A DNA stretch of 64,000 nt from Hemiscyllium ocellatum (Eukaryota). Below are positions 13,450 to 25,699 of this stretch, piece by piece (the first letter of the stretch is position 1; the number at the start of each line of letters is the position of its first letter). Both the position numbers and the translations under genes were made by a program. The DNA is taken from positions 12,523,259 through 12,587,258 of the forward strand of contig NC_083409.1 in assembly GCF_020745735.1 (NCBI RefSeq). Direction: 5' to 3'. The notes under the pieces are model-generated. The model saw nothing but the letters and a program-made list of their open reading frames with translations. It was not told where the DNA came from and did no database searches.

Positions 13450-14950
13450 TATTTAGGTTTGCTGAGGTGATTTGGTAACAATGATTCCAATTCCATATTT
13501 TGTGTGGCAGCAGATCTACTGAAGGTCATCCTTTCATTTGGAGGTTGCCCAGGTTTCTGTCCAGGCTGATGCAGTATGGTCTACAGTGCTGCTCCTATTG
13601 GGCTAATCCATCACACACGAGGGAATCTGACAGACACCTTCTCTTTGTGCTGGCAAAGGAAGACATTTGTTTATACTGTAAATACGGCCAAAGAATTTAG
13701 TTAGTGGACGTAATTCCAGCTGAATATAATGTTCTGATGTTCATGATGGGATTAATCATGACAGTTCCCACTTGCCTTTACACTGATGGTGGAACAGGAA
13801 GCCACCATGCAGTGATCTCCTGGCTCACACTGAGAAACAAAGTTGATGGTATAACTGCAGAGAGCAAGACAATGGCTTGGACTCACCGAACAACCAGAGG
13901 CTTCAGCCAACAACTGGGTCACAGGCAAATGGCGTGTTGTATAAACTCTCAGTATCTCAGGGAACAAACACAACTACTGAGTTACAAAGCTGAACAAGAC
14001 TTTTTATGAAAATTGGCATTCCAAAAATAAATTCCAAACACAATATGTGTAAATATTGAGTGCAATCTCATTACAAAGACTACATCATTTTCATTGAAAG
14101 CTGGACGATAATGAGATGAGAATTCAAACAACCACCCACTCTATCACACGGTGTTCTCATCATAACACATTTGCAAGCCTCTTAAAACATGGAAGGAGAG
14201 GGAAACATTGCAAACTATATTACCATGAGTGAGGATCCATTAAAAACTAGGATCATGATGTTAAATGCTCCCAGCCATAAACAACACTGATGCATTCACA
14301 TCATTAGTTTGTTAAATGATGTTAAAAAGTCTGCCAACCACTTTCATGAAGAAGAAATATTGAAATCTCAAGAGGCAATGATGACTTTTTTTCAGGACTA
14401 TAGTAAGGAAGCAGCAGCTGACATATGAACTCCAACAAACTAATGATAACATGGACTGAATACAGAGCAGGCCCCTGAGAGAGAGAGAAAAATCAACAGC
14501 AGAGATCTGTCCAGTGCTGGGAGCATTTTAGACAAGACGCCTTGTTGCCAGCAAGTTACTGCAGCTTGAAAACTCCAGTACGGTCAGAAAGAGAAAAAGG
14601 ACAATGTGCAGATTGTTGAACAGGCCCCTACACCTGGGCCTGAGGCAGGAGCCCAAGCTCCAACACACTGGCCTCACTTCACAACAACCTTACACAGTGT
14701 GGGGTCATGAACTCCGGCCATCAATCCCTCTGGGACCGGGATGGAGTGAGGGAACAGGGACAATTGTAGAAGAGTCAATAAGGAGTAAAGCAAGATGGAG
14801 AGGGTGTGTTGGAAAGGGGTTAGAGGAGGAAATATACTTTGTGCCACTCAGTACAGACATCATCTACGTGTATCACAGAATGAACAAACAAAAGTCACAC
14901 CGAAGTACTTTTCTTATCACAGGGGACCTTTTCATTGTAGTGTGATAAGT
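13450..14950 (+). mobile_element. Degraded LTR-retroelement pol remnant (RNase H/integrase-like), duplicate 1
   Basis: LYTDGG...(NNQR in a shifted frame)...INSQY (cf. TDSQY); CADC; VGKGLEEEIYFVPLSTD (cf. integrase core). Confidence 0.5.
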
Positions 14951-15051
14951 ACCCTGCTTCTGAAGCTGTACACTCTCTCTCTGGGTCTCTCCAGATTGAG
15001 CCTGTTCGCTCCAAGCAGAGTCCCACTTTACTGATCAGGGACAGTGAAGCA

Positions 15052-15067
15052 GCTGCCCTCTAGTGGC
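15052..15067 (-). promoter_or_regulatory. Strong CTCF consensus motif
   Basis: The minus strand reads GCCACTAGAGGGCAGC, matching CCASYAGRKGGCR. Confidence 0.5.
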
Positions 15068-17859
15068 GAGAGAGCGCTTGCACTGCTGCTGAGGATTATG
15101 GGTAAAGTCCCCTTCCATTCGCGCCCACACAAACCAGCAGCCACTTCAGCTGCTTTATTATAAACCACAAGCTGTCAAGGCGCTGTTCTTTCAACGGTGG
15201 AACTGGACGCATGGTCATACGAATTAGGGACAAATGAAGGAGATTCATCCTCTTCAGCCTGCTCCCCATGGCTGACCTGATTATTCACCTTCTTACCTTA
15301 CTCTGACAGATTTTTGAGAAGCAATGACTGTCTACTTCTTCACTACAAGCATTCAGAGGTTTCAATTTCAATTCCAAAGACCTATGACCTTTGTCAGAAA
15401 TCAAAACCCTGCTCATCTAGATCTTAAATGAGGGAACTTATTTTAGTTTTATATTCTTCCTGAAAAGGAAGCATTGTTTTCACAGCCACGCTGTATTCTA
15501 TGCTCTTGTTGATATGACATCTGCTTTAATCAGCTGCTCTCCCATGAGAACAGCAGCCTATCCTGTCACCTTCAGTGACTGATGCACAGAAACATCCAGG
15601 TCCTACTGCCCCTACACCCACCCATACTTGTACCCTTTAGTTTGTTTTGTCTCTCCATGTTTTCCTTCCAAAATGAATCAGTGACATCTCTTTCTGTTAA
15701 ATTCTATCTGTGACCATTTGTTCATCCCATTACCTATACCCTTTTTGAAGTTCCACACTATCTTTTTCATGAGTCGCAGTAGATCCAAGTTTCATACCAT
15801 CAGCAAATTTTGAAACCCTGCCTTGTGCACTCAGATTTAAATATTTTAAATAATTTTTAGAATGAACTATTTTATAAACTATTTTAAATCAAGCCTCAAA
15901 TTTATTGCCCATCTCTAGTTGCTTGGACTGAGTTCTGAGCCAGATTATGGGGCTGTTAAGAATGAATCACGTCACTGTGGGACTGGAGTCACAGACAGGG
16001 TGATGACTGGGTTCCCTTGTCCAAACTACATTCATGAACATGACATTGAGTTTCCTGGGTTTTTTGTTCAGATCCCAGCACCTTCCTTCCCAGATATTAC
16101 ATGGCTCACCACCGCCCTCTCCAGGACAATTAGGGAAGTACAACAAATAGCAGCCATTTTTGTGCCCGCCCATCCCAGGAGAAATCAAAATAAATGAGAT
16201 ACACTTCAAATGATCAAACTGGTGTGTCTTGAATTCATCTCTTTGAAAAACTGGAGCCTAGGCGAGAAATAGAGCCATGACATGGGTGACCCTGGTTTGT
16301 CAGACTGAAAGGTGGAGTGTCCTTCGGATTGACACTGGGATCAGACACAAAATGAATTACACTCAAAGACCGAACACACGGCTATCAAAGCGGGTCACCA
16401 AACTGCAAAGAGCAGCAATTTATCTGGAAGAACTCAACAGGTATCAGTGGGTGTAAGTGCTTTCGGCAGGCAAGTGTCAGATATTGTTGAACACACAAGA
16501 AACACAGTCACACAGAAAGGAAAGCTATTGGGATAGAGCAGGGAAACGGGAATAACTGAATTTCTCCACTGAGAGCTGGAAGAAGTTTTCTTGGTTGTAA
16601 CTCCTCTGAGAACAATAAAGGTTGAAGGGCCGTTTATATTATAGACAACACTGCAGCACGCAAGAAAGGATGTTGAGTGACAGATCTCCTTTAAATTGGA
16701 AACAATATCAGAAATAAAGGTCAATGTGATTTTGGATTGAATATTGAGAGTGAGGAGATGGAGGGGAGAGTGACCATGGCAGCTGTCCTGAAGAATGGTT
16801 AGGTCATGGCTAGAATGGTGCACAGTTAGAGGCTGCTTTGAGATACAATACATAATGGGACGTGGACAGGGGATCAAGGGTCACAAGAAATGTGCAGGAT
16901 AGCAAATGGAAAATACCATGGAAATTGCAGGATTACACGGATAGGGTCGGGGAGGTGTGGGTCGGGGTGGGGTGACCTTCAAAGGGTCGGTATGAGCTTG
17001 CTGTGCTGTGTGGCCTGCTTCCATTCTGTAGGAATTCCTCGATTCTGTGATTCTATGAAGGCCAGAACAGGATCTCAACAGTGGAGGGAGGGTATTCTGA
17101 TGTTCAAAAATTCTTAAACAAATAAACACAGTAAATGTAGATTTATCGTCAGTGCAGACAAACTGAAAGGCAAAATGACTTATTCTCCAGTCATATACCA
17201 GGTACAGAAAAGAGATCAGGAAAAACATTTTGATGCAGTTATTGGAACTTAATGATGAATGATGATAAACAGAGTGCTCCATTCAAAAAAAGACAGAATT
17301 ACTTTTTAGAATTTCACTAGGCCTGAAGCAAAAGAGGAAATCAGGATCAAACAGTAATTTGAGAATATAGTACTTGAGTGAGACAAGATCCTTCTTGTGA
17401 AAACATTTCATTTTGCCTTGCTTTCTCTCCATGGATGCTGCCTGACCCACTGGGATCTCCAGAGTTTTGCTGCGCTATTTCTTACAAAATGTCTTGTTGT
17501 GTGCAAGACAAAAGCTTTGACAAAATGTCTCTTTTTTTTCAGCAACACTTGAATTTGGATCAGTTTGGAGAGAAAGCAGGGCCATGGAATCATCTTTCCC
17601 TGCAGGGAGGGAGGGGGTGTGTGTGGAATCTCCCATGGGCAGGATTCTCCTGGCTGCCACCACATCAGGAAGGCTGGAGCTTGATGATTGAACTGAATGG
17701 ACAGGGCTCACTCTCACAGCCCTCAGGGCCATGGAGCCCCTTGTGATGGGGGCATCTGCTTGGTGTCAGGGCAGACAATGACATTGCAGTGGGATTGGAA
17801 ATGGAACAACTCGACAATGGATGCTGCACAATGGCTGCACTGCCTCTTCCTCTCTGCCT

Positions 17860-18650
17860 GATCCCTCCCCACACACAGGAGAAGCTGCATTAGGAGCCTG
17901 TTCTAAAGGGCTACACAACACTGCAGCACTCCCAATCTGCAAAGAGAAGAACAGTTCTACAAAGACTTTGCCAAGAACAGATATTCCTGCAACTTCATCC
18001 ACAGATGCCGAACAGACAAACAACGCGATGGGGACATGCCACGACCTAACACACTAGCCACACTACCTTATATAAAAACATCACAGAACTGACAGCTAGA
18101 CTTCTCCAACCACTCATAAACTGGCCAGAAACTGACAGCCACGCTCAGACAACTCACGAGAACAAAAGGCCCAATACCCACCGTGTGAAAGACAGATGTA
18201 ATTTACAAGAATCCATGCAACGTTTGCACGAAACACCTCGGACAAACAGGCAGACAACTAGCCACCCACATCCATGAACACCAACGAGCCACTAAACCCC
18301 ATGAGCAGCTGTCCCGAGTAGCTATACACACAGATGACAAGGACCACAAATTCGATTGGGCCAACACTATGATCATAGGACAAGCTCAACAGAGGGCAGC
18401 CAGAGAATTTCTAGAACCATGGGCTCCATCAATAAACACATTGACCTAGACCCAGCACACTGACCACTGCAACGAACATCAGGAACCAGTAACTGGAAAC
18501 AGCAGGAATGGAACCAAATAAATTCCAGAAGACACAGCACAACAGCACTTCACAGGAAGCTCCAAAGCTCTGAAGGTGTCACTGAGACAGGGGACAAAAT
18601 GTCTACAAATCAACTTCCCAGCTCGGTGAGCATACCCACAACTACAGCAA
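17860..18650 (+). mobile_element. Degenerate Penelope-like element (thumb plus GIY-YIG plus terminus)
   Basis: RSCIRSLF.RATQHCSTP; GQTGRQLATHIHEHQRA; degenerate hammerhead at ~18566-18606. Confidence 0.8.
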
Positions 18651-18849
18651 GAGTGAGGGGTTTTCCTGTCCTACAGTGCTCTCCAAATCCTTACCTGCCC
18701 TCCTCATTGTCATACCCTCCTGCCCCTTACTACACATGGAATGGGACTGCCTGGTCCTGAGGCTTATAACATCCTTCTGGAACAAAGTCTCCAGGTATCT
18801 CTGCACCTCCCTGACGTGTCACCAATACTTTCAACTCAGCCTCCAATCC

Positions 18850-20260
18850 AAACACCCTGTGTGGGAATTGTTGTAATTTATACATTCACTACAGATGTGT
18901 TTAATCTGGGTCACTTTAACTCAATAAAGAAATATAGATCCCACTTACAAATGAAAGATACCCATTCCTCTATTAATCCAATAATTGTCTTCAGTATCTG
19001 AATCAAAGTTTTCGTGCTTTCCATTTATTGACCTTCCCGAATGGGGGTGTCCCGAAGCCCGAAGCAGTACAAGACGACATGAGGATATAGACGGGCTGGG
19101 AGGGTCAGATGGGCTGATCAGTAACAAGCGGAATTCATTCCAATAAATGTGAGTCAGTGGACTGAGTCCTCCCTGACCATGAGAGTGAGGTGAGGGCAGA
19201 GTGACAGCACTTGACATCAAGGCCTCTTTGATGGGGTGTGGCATCAAGGAGCCCGAGCAATGCAGCAGTTTTTCACCTGCTGTTCCAGGGAAGGGATCAA
19301 TATCTGGATCCCTCCGAGCAACTCCTGGGAATTCTGTCATCCCAAAGGGACAAGTCGTCCTCCTCAGTTCAAACAAACAGCAGCAAGTCAGCCACACACT
19401 GTCCAAACTGTTTGGGTGAGCTGACCTGAACTCTCACAGCCTTGTGCCATGCTCTGCTGGAAGATGGAGGGACTATTGGGAAAACCCTTGGGGCAGACAG
19501 CTCCACCAATATTGTTGGTCTTTAACTGTGAAGGTGAACTTTTCCTGGTCATCAGCCCTCCCTGCCCCGATATGGACCAGAACATGTTCAAAATGACCAA
19601 CTGTGTAAAGACCCACTGCCAGTCCGACAGCAATGAGCCAATCTGCTCTGAACACTCCCTGAGTGAGCTCACTCCATTTTGTTCAGATACAGCCATTGAG
19701 TGCCCAGGGAGCCCATCTCTCCACTCCAGGGTTTTGTTAGCCTTCCCATCACAGAGTTCCCCCGAGAACCCCTTCAGTTCGTTCTCCACTAGAGAGGGCT
19801 GGTCCAAGTGGGTTTGATGGATGTATGAGATATAACGGGGTCTACTCAACATGTTCCCTGTTCCCCACCCACACACATATGGACACAGGCTCTTCCCCAT
19901 TCATTGTACATCATCAGACACAGGTATTCAGGATGGGTACTGCCCCTTCAGAGCACCACCATGGTGGATGGGGGGAGTGGAGTGAAAGGTACCCTCCCCA
20001 CTCTGGGTTTGGACCTTTCCCATCTACAGTCTGAGTTCAGCTTACTCTCGGCATCATTCTTCGATCTTTCTGAACTCTAACTCCAGTTATTGGGGAAGAC
20101 TTTCTCAGGGCCCTGCGTTCCTGCTGAAAGTGTCCCTTCTGGCCCTAACTGTAGGATTGCCCTCCTGCTCCCGAGACCCCATTGCCCTCTCTATTCTCCC
20201 CCTCGTGTTCCGTGCCTTGAGGGTGGAGGGTTTCAATTCACACACCCTTTCCCTGAGGCT
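18850..20260 (-). mobile_element. Degraded endogenous retrovirus (gag knuckle - protease - RT - RNase H remnants)
   Basis: SYS*GQKGHFQQER with CX2CX4HX4C spacing (20156-20115), ILNTCV (cf. LDTGA), NMFWSI, EKFTFTVKDQQYWWSCLPQGF/PNSPSIF, CVADLLL (cf. YVDDLL), interrupted by frameshifts. Confidence 0.8.
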
Positions 20261-20274
20261 TCAGCTCAGGCCAT

Positions 20275-20977
20275 TTCCAAAGCACACACGAGACAGAGAC
20301 TGAATCTTCTTCATCTTTATTCCCTTTTCCAGATTGACATTGACAGAAAACAGTCAGCAATTAACAGCCCAGACAGAGGAAGCTGCTCAAATTCACAGCC
20401 ACAATGGAGCTTGAGGAAAACACTTGTGGAGATTTTCTCAAGAACCTGAGAATCCTGTCCCTTTAAACAGTGACAAAACCTTAAATTGGAACTGGTGGCT
20501 GAGCAGGAAGGAGGTCTATTTTACTGAAACAGAGACTTTTGAGGTTCACATTGTTTTTGTACAGCTGACAGTCTTCAGTATCTTTGAAAGGTTATGCTTG
20601 TTATTACAAGTCAGCACCATCCCCATCAAACAATCCCCCTGGACAGGGACAGAATAGGGTTAGATACAGAGTATCGCCCTTTCCATACTGTTCCTTCGAA
20701 AGACACCCATGACAGGGACAGGATAAGATACAGAATAAAGCTGTCTCCACACTGTCCTCTTCAAAAACCCCAAGGACAGGGACAGCACTAGGTTGGGTAC
20801 AGAGTGAAGCTCTCTCTACAGTGTCACAGTAACCTGCCTTAACTCCTGAACCTCAGAAGTGTCCCTGAGGCCAGTTCTGACAATGACCTTTGTCCTGCCA
20901 GCTCAGCCCTGTTCTATTTAAAGTTGTGTCTCCTCTGTGGACTGTCTCAAACACTACACACATACTGATCTCCTGAT
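20275..20977 (-). pseudogene. Inverted truncated C-kappa stub (last 8 codons plus 3' UTR), copy 3
   Basis: Reverse complement gives atcaggagatcagtatgtgtgtag (IRRSVCV*, 20977-20954), then the same 3' UTR as copies 1 and 2, with AATAAA at 20321-20316. Confidence 0.88.
20600..20830. repeat. ~70-bp shark satellite-like repeat, ~3 units
   Basis: ccccatcaaaca..cc..ggacagggacag...ttagatacagagta repeated. Single units lie at ~8920-8995 and ~44530-44600. Confidence 0.75.
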
Positions 20978-21881
20978 CAGTGATAGAATCATGTAATTAT
21001 GGAATCTGTACAATATCGAAGCAGGTCATTTACCCCAATGAGTTCACACCAATCCTCTGAATCCCACCCAGATCCAAACCATGACACTATCCCAGTAACC
21101 TTGTGTTTCCCAATAGCTCATCCACCCAGTCTGCTACATTGTGAGTGTGAGGGGAGAGTGCTTCCTGTTGAGTGCTTCCTGCCACCTCCCGGTCCAATAG
21201 CCTGCCTTACTTCACCATCCAGCTCACACTTGGAGGAATGAGGTCATTTGGGGAGGCTGGGGATGTTTCCCAGCCAGAAATAGTGCCTTCAGGAGAGATG
21301 GAGAGCAGATGATTGGGTGCGAGTGGGGAGGGAGCAAAGGTGAGTGTGGTTGGTGTGGTCTGTTGTCTCAAGGTGGCGTGTGGGACTTTGAAGCAGGTGG
21401 TGACAGGTACTGAGCCCTTTCTGTGGAAGGAGTTTGTAAGTCAATCGGTGAAAATGAGGTGGGCACTCGAGTAACGCCTTTGTTGCGACTGAAGCTCTTG
21501 CTACCTTCCTATCCAGGCTGCTGTGCCTTTCCACCACTCCTAGTTATACTCAGCCTGAGGACAACAATCCATTCTTCTGAGGGGTAGCTGTACTCAGGCC
21601 CAGCACATGAAATTGTTCTTTTGTCAGATCCTCTTCGAAAAGCTCATGGCTCACCACTGCCCTCTCCAGGACAGTTAGGGGAGGGCAATAAATAGCAGAC
21701 ACATCAATGCCCTTCCCATCCCAGAAGAAATCAAAATCAATGATGTACAACTCAAATGATCAAACTGGTGGAAGGGGGATTGGATCAGCCCAGTTATTAA
21801 ATTTCATTTGATAATTCCTGTATTAAGTTCAAGATGAAGCTATCCTGGTCTCTGCAGAACTTAAGACTAATTTTCATTGTT

Positions 21882-23513
21882 TTTTTTATAGATATTTTTA
21901 TTGGGAATTTAACATTTTGACAAATTTACAAAAATAAGCAGAATTTTCAAGCACAAACATTAATATAAAAATAGATCTTAAATATATAATCATCAAAATT
22001 CAACTAATCCACAATCATCCAGAGTGTATAGTTGAGTCGCTTACATCCTTCAAAGAAGAGAAAATGTTCTCTAATACACTCATAACAGTATGATAAAAAG
22101 GAAGTTATTTCCAAACATTAAGAACAAAAAAAAAATTAAACATGTTTGAATGGAGATCTTCCCCCTTGTTCTCAGGGGGCCTTACTACCTTTCCAACGTT
22201 CCACCATATCCTCTCCCAAACAGTGTCCCACCCTCAACCCGGGTGCTCCTTAATAGGATTTGGATATAATACCGAGCTAGAGTTAACAGTGAGTGCTGCA
22301 CCCCCACCCCTCCCCACCCATACCTGAGTATATCTGCTAGCATCAATGCCACGTACAAACACACATAACTATAAAATTACAACTCCAACAGATTACAGTT
22401 AAGTATAATAACATAGCAAGGAAGACAACCCCGCTCCCAGAGGCAAAAGTAAAGTAGAATAAAGTATCCATTTCTCCCCACGGAGTGTGGGAGAGGCAAG
22501 CCAACATAAATTGTCTCTTACGATTTATTTAACAGAGTCTAAAAGTTTCTTGGCCTCTTCCGATGATCTAAAATTATACTCGGATCCTTCGTGGGTAAAG
22601 CATAACGTCGCTGGGTAGCGTAAGGTGTATTGAATATCTAAGTCCCTTAAACATTTCTTCACCTCATCAAACGCCTTCCTTCTTCGTGCCAAAGCCGGGG
22701 AGAAGTCCTGAAATAACATAATCTTGGATCCTTCATGAATCATAGCTTTAGGATCCTTTCCAAGCTTTCTGGAGGCATCCAGGAGTATCTGCCTCTCCCT
22801 ATAACTCTGCAGCCGGAACTGGACCGGGCGTGGGCGCTGGTTTGGGCCAGATCCGCGTACTGCGACCCGGTAGGCCCACTCCACCCTTACCCGGTCAGTT
22901 TCAGCCCCCAGGTTTAAAAGCTGGGGCAGCCATCGCTCCAGAAATACTACTAACTGTTCTTTCCCTTCTTGTTCTTGAAGGCCCAGCAATCGAATATTCT
23001 TTCTCCGATTTCTGTTGTCAATATCATCCATGTAGATTTCAAAGGCCCGGACTCTCTGCTCCAGAGCTCTCACCTGTTCTGCAGCTGTTTGAGCTGCAGC
23101 CTTGGAGGTCATGGCCTTTAGCTCCGCCCCCTCCACTCGGCCCTGCAATTCTCCCATAGAGTGATTCTGTTTCTGCAGCTTTTCTTCGAATGCATTCCAT
23201 CTCTGTCTGGATTCTGCGATGAAATTGACGAGTGTCGATTCCAATCTAGCAATCATCTCCACAAGGCCTGTTTTTACATCAGCTGCAGCCGGAGGAGACT
23301 TTGTTTTCTGAGAGCTGCGGGGTCCCTTTGATTTACTCATTATCCACTCAATATTAGACTATTTAAATATAATATTCAGCAGCTAATTAAGATTAAAGAA
23401 ATTTTTTGGGTGGTTTGGCAAGTGTGGTGGGGGCAGGAAACCCACTTTTCCCAGGTTTTGGGAAGAGCTCTGTAGACTCAGACTTGCTGAGTCGCCGCCA
23501 TCTTGGATCTCCC
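21882..23513 (-). mobile_element. ORF1-only L1-type retrotransposon, copy A, full length
   Basis: Same termini and structure as copy B. 15-bp TSD CTAATTTTCATTGTT (21867-21881 / 23514-23528). 18 bp shorter than copy B because of an in-frame ORF1 indel. Confidence 0.9.
22525..23340 (-). CDS. L1 ORF1p-like protein, 271 aa
   Basis: Intact ORF with 17 aa substitutions and a 6-aa indel relative to copy B. Confidence 0.9.
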   Translation of the reverse strand: MSKSKGPRSSQKTKSPPAAADVKTGLVEMIARLESTLVNFIAESRQRWNAFEEKLQKQNHSMGELQGRVEGAELKAMTSKAAAQTAAEQVRALEQRVRAFEIYMDDIDNRNRRKNIRLLGLQEQEGKEQLVVFLERWLPQLLNLGAETDRVRVEWAYRVAVRGSGPNQRPRPVQFRLQSYRERQILLDASRKLGKDPKAMIHEGSKIMLFQDFSPALARRRKAFDEVKKCLRDLDIQYTLRYPATLCFTHEGSEYNFRSSEEAKKLLDSVK

Positions 23514-23554
23514 CTAATTTTCATTGTTAACTTAATACATTTCCATGTTCATTC

Positions 23555-25690
23555 TTTCTCTCCAAGTTGATCCTAGTTTGAATGTTGCTTAAAAACAAAA
23601 CATTTTGTCAAAGCTTTTTGTCTTGTATGCATCAGGACAACATACTAGAAATGCTACAGTAAAAGAAAACAATATTTAAACTGGCGTGTCCATAGTGACA
23701 ACACCTCAACCTATCAGCACTTTCCTCACTTGTAATATAAATGTCATTTTTTTTCTCCTTTGATTGGTAATTTTGCAACTGCCCTGATGAGGGCAAATGA
23801 AAAACTTCCACAAAACAGGCATTTTTCAGTCCAATTTAATACTCGCAAATGACTACAAAGAACAAGGAAAATTTACAGTCCAGGAACAGGCCCTTTGGCC
23901 CTCCAAGCCTGAGCCGATCCAAATCTACTGTCTAAACCTGTTGGTCAATTCCTAAGCATCTGTGTTCCTCTGCTCCCCACCTACTCATGCATCTGTCCAG
24001 ACGCATCTTAAGTGAATCTGCCATGCCTGCCTCTACCACCTCTGCTGGCAACGCGTTCCAGATGCCCACTACCCTCTGTGTGAAGTACTTGCTGTGTGTT
24101 TCCCCCTTAAACTTTCCTTTTGGATCCTAATTTTCTCTTTTGCTTCAGACCTGTTCAAATTCCAAGCGGCAATTCTCTCCCATTTTGAATGGAAGACTCA
24201 GTTTATCAGCACTCACTAAATTCCAATCTCTGCATCAAAATATTTTTCCTGATCTCCTTTCTGTCCCTGGTGTATGACAGGAGAATGTGTCATTTTGCCT
24301 TTCTGTTTGCCGGCATTGACTGTAAACCTACATTTACTGTGTGTATTTCATTAAGAAGTTTCGATAATCAGAATTCCCTCCCTCCCCCCTCGAGATCCTG
24401 TTCTGGTGTTTTCTTGTAACCTAGATCCCCTGTTCCTGGACCATTCTGCATTGCCCCTCATAGAAGCCCCTAACTATCCACCATATTCCAGATGTGACCT
24501 AACCATTCTTCAGTACAGCTGTCCTGGCCACTCTCCCCTCCATCTCCTCACTCTCAACATTCATTCCAAAATCCCCTTTCCCATTTCTTCTTCTGAAAGT
24601 TTTCCCAATTTTAAGCATTTATGTCACTTGACATCCTTTCTTGTCCGCTGCAGTAAGTTGTTCACAATATGAGCTGCACTTCATCCTTATCGTTCTGAGT
24701 CATTATAACCAGGAAAGCTTCTTGCCAACTCTCAGTAGAGAAATTCAATTAATCCCATTGCCCTGCTCTATCCCAATAGCTTTACTGTATTTCTGGTGTA
24801 TTCAACAACATCTGCCTTATGCTCTTACACCCACTAACGGCTTTCTGTCATCTCTTGAGTTCTTCCCGATAAATTGCTTTTTGGTTGCGGTTTGGTGACA
24901 CTGCTTTGGTAGCCGTTTGTTAGATCTTTGAGTGTAATTCATTTTGTGCCTGATCCCAGTGCCAATCGTTGGGGCACTCCTTGCAATCTGAAAAAGCAGG
25001 TTCACCCATGTCTGGCCTAGGCTCCAGTCTTTCAAAGAGACGAATTCAAGCCTCACCAAGTTAACCATTTCAATTGTACCTCATTTGTTTTGATTTCTCC
25101 TGGGATGGGGCATGTGTCTGCGATTTGTTGCCCTTCCCTAATTGTCCTGGAGAGGGCGGTGGTGAGCAATGTAATATCTGGGAAGGAAGGCGCTGGGATC
25201 TGTCCAAACAAAAACCATGAAACTCAATGTCACGTTCATGAATGTTCTTTGGGCAAGGGATCCTAGTCATTATCCGGTCTGTGACTTGATTCATTCTTAA
25301 CGATCCCATGATTTGGCTCAGCAAAGAACTCAGTCCAAGCAGCTGGAGAGGGGAAATAAATATGAGGCTTGTCAATGGCATTAATGCCCTGAGATGGCAT
25401 AATGCAGCTCTTTGCTGTCTGCTTTTTAGTCTCTGATCCACCACACTCTCACTGTTAGGGGTCTCTAATCCTCTCACATTAATTAATTAGATGATGGCAA
25501 TATGTGAAGAGCTTTTAGTTTGAACTGTCAGATCTCTTTTCCCATGCCTCTCTCCTCTCCACCTCCCTCCAAGCCTTTCACCAGATGTTTCCCGTGACAG
25601 CCTTGCTGTGCAGAGTGAAAGCTCTCTGTGTTCTCAGGCCTCACTCTGGCTTGTGTCTGTCTCCTCTCCAACTGAACACAAAACACATAC
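23555..25690 (-). repeat. Inverted paralog of ~15900-17575 and ~56520-57368
   Basis: The reverse complement aligns to 17500-17575, 16430-17290, 15915-16420 and 56520-56830. Confidence 0.85.
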
Positions 25691-25699
25691 TTGCAGATA

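Larger units (their letters stand above)
11890..16420 (+). repeat. Segmental duplication, unit 1 distal block (paralog of RABGAP1L intron ~52724-57368)
   Basis: Anchors 11890/52724 (ttgaatgg..agcaggaaagggctgaacaa), 13140/54080, 14590/55290 and 15915/56860. Confidence 0.9.

Noticed and set aside
19825-20034. Plus-strand MDTGSS resembling an aspartic protease motif
   Set aside because: All other retroviral motifs here are on the minus strand, which has its own DTG-like site. Chance match.
21882-23513. The two ORF1 elements as products of the segmental duplication, or as ordinary truncated L1s
   Set aside because: They have different TSDs and flanks. Both keep the 5' end and the poly(A) end while lacking the middle, the opposite of normal 5' truncation.
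25207-25216. ACAAAAACC RSS nonamer
   Set aside because: No CACAGTG at 12 or 23 bp spacing. The several CACAGTG hits elsewhere also lack nonamers.
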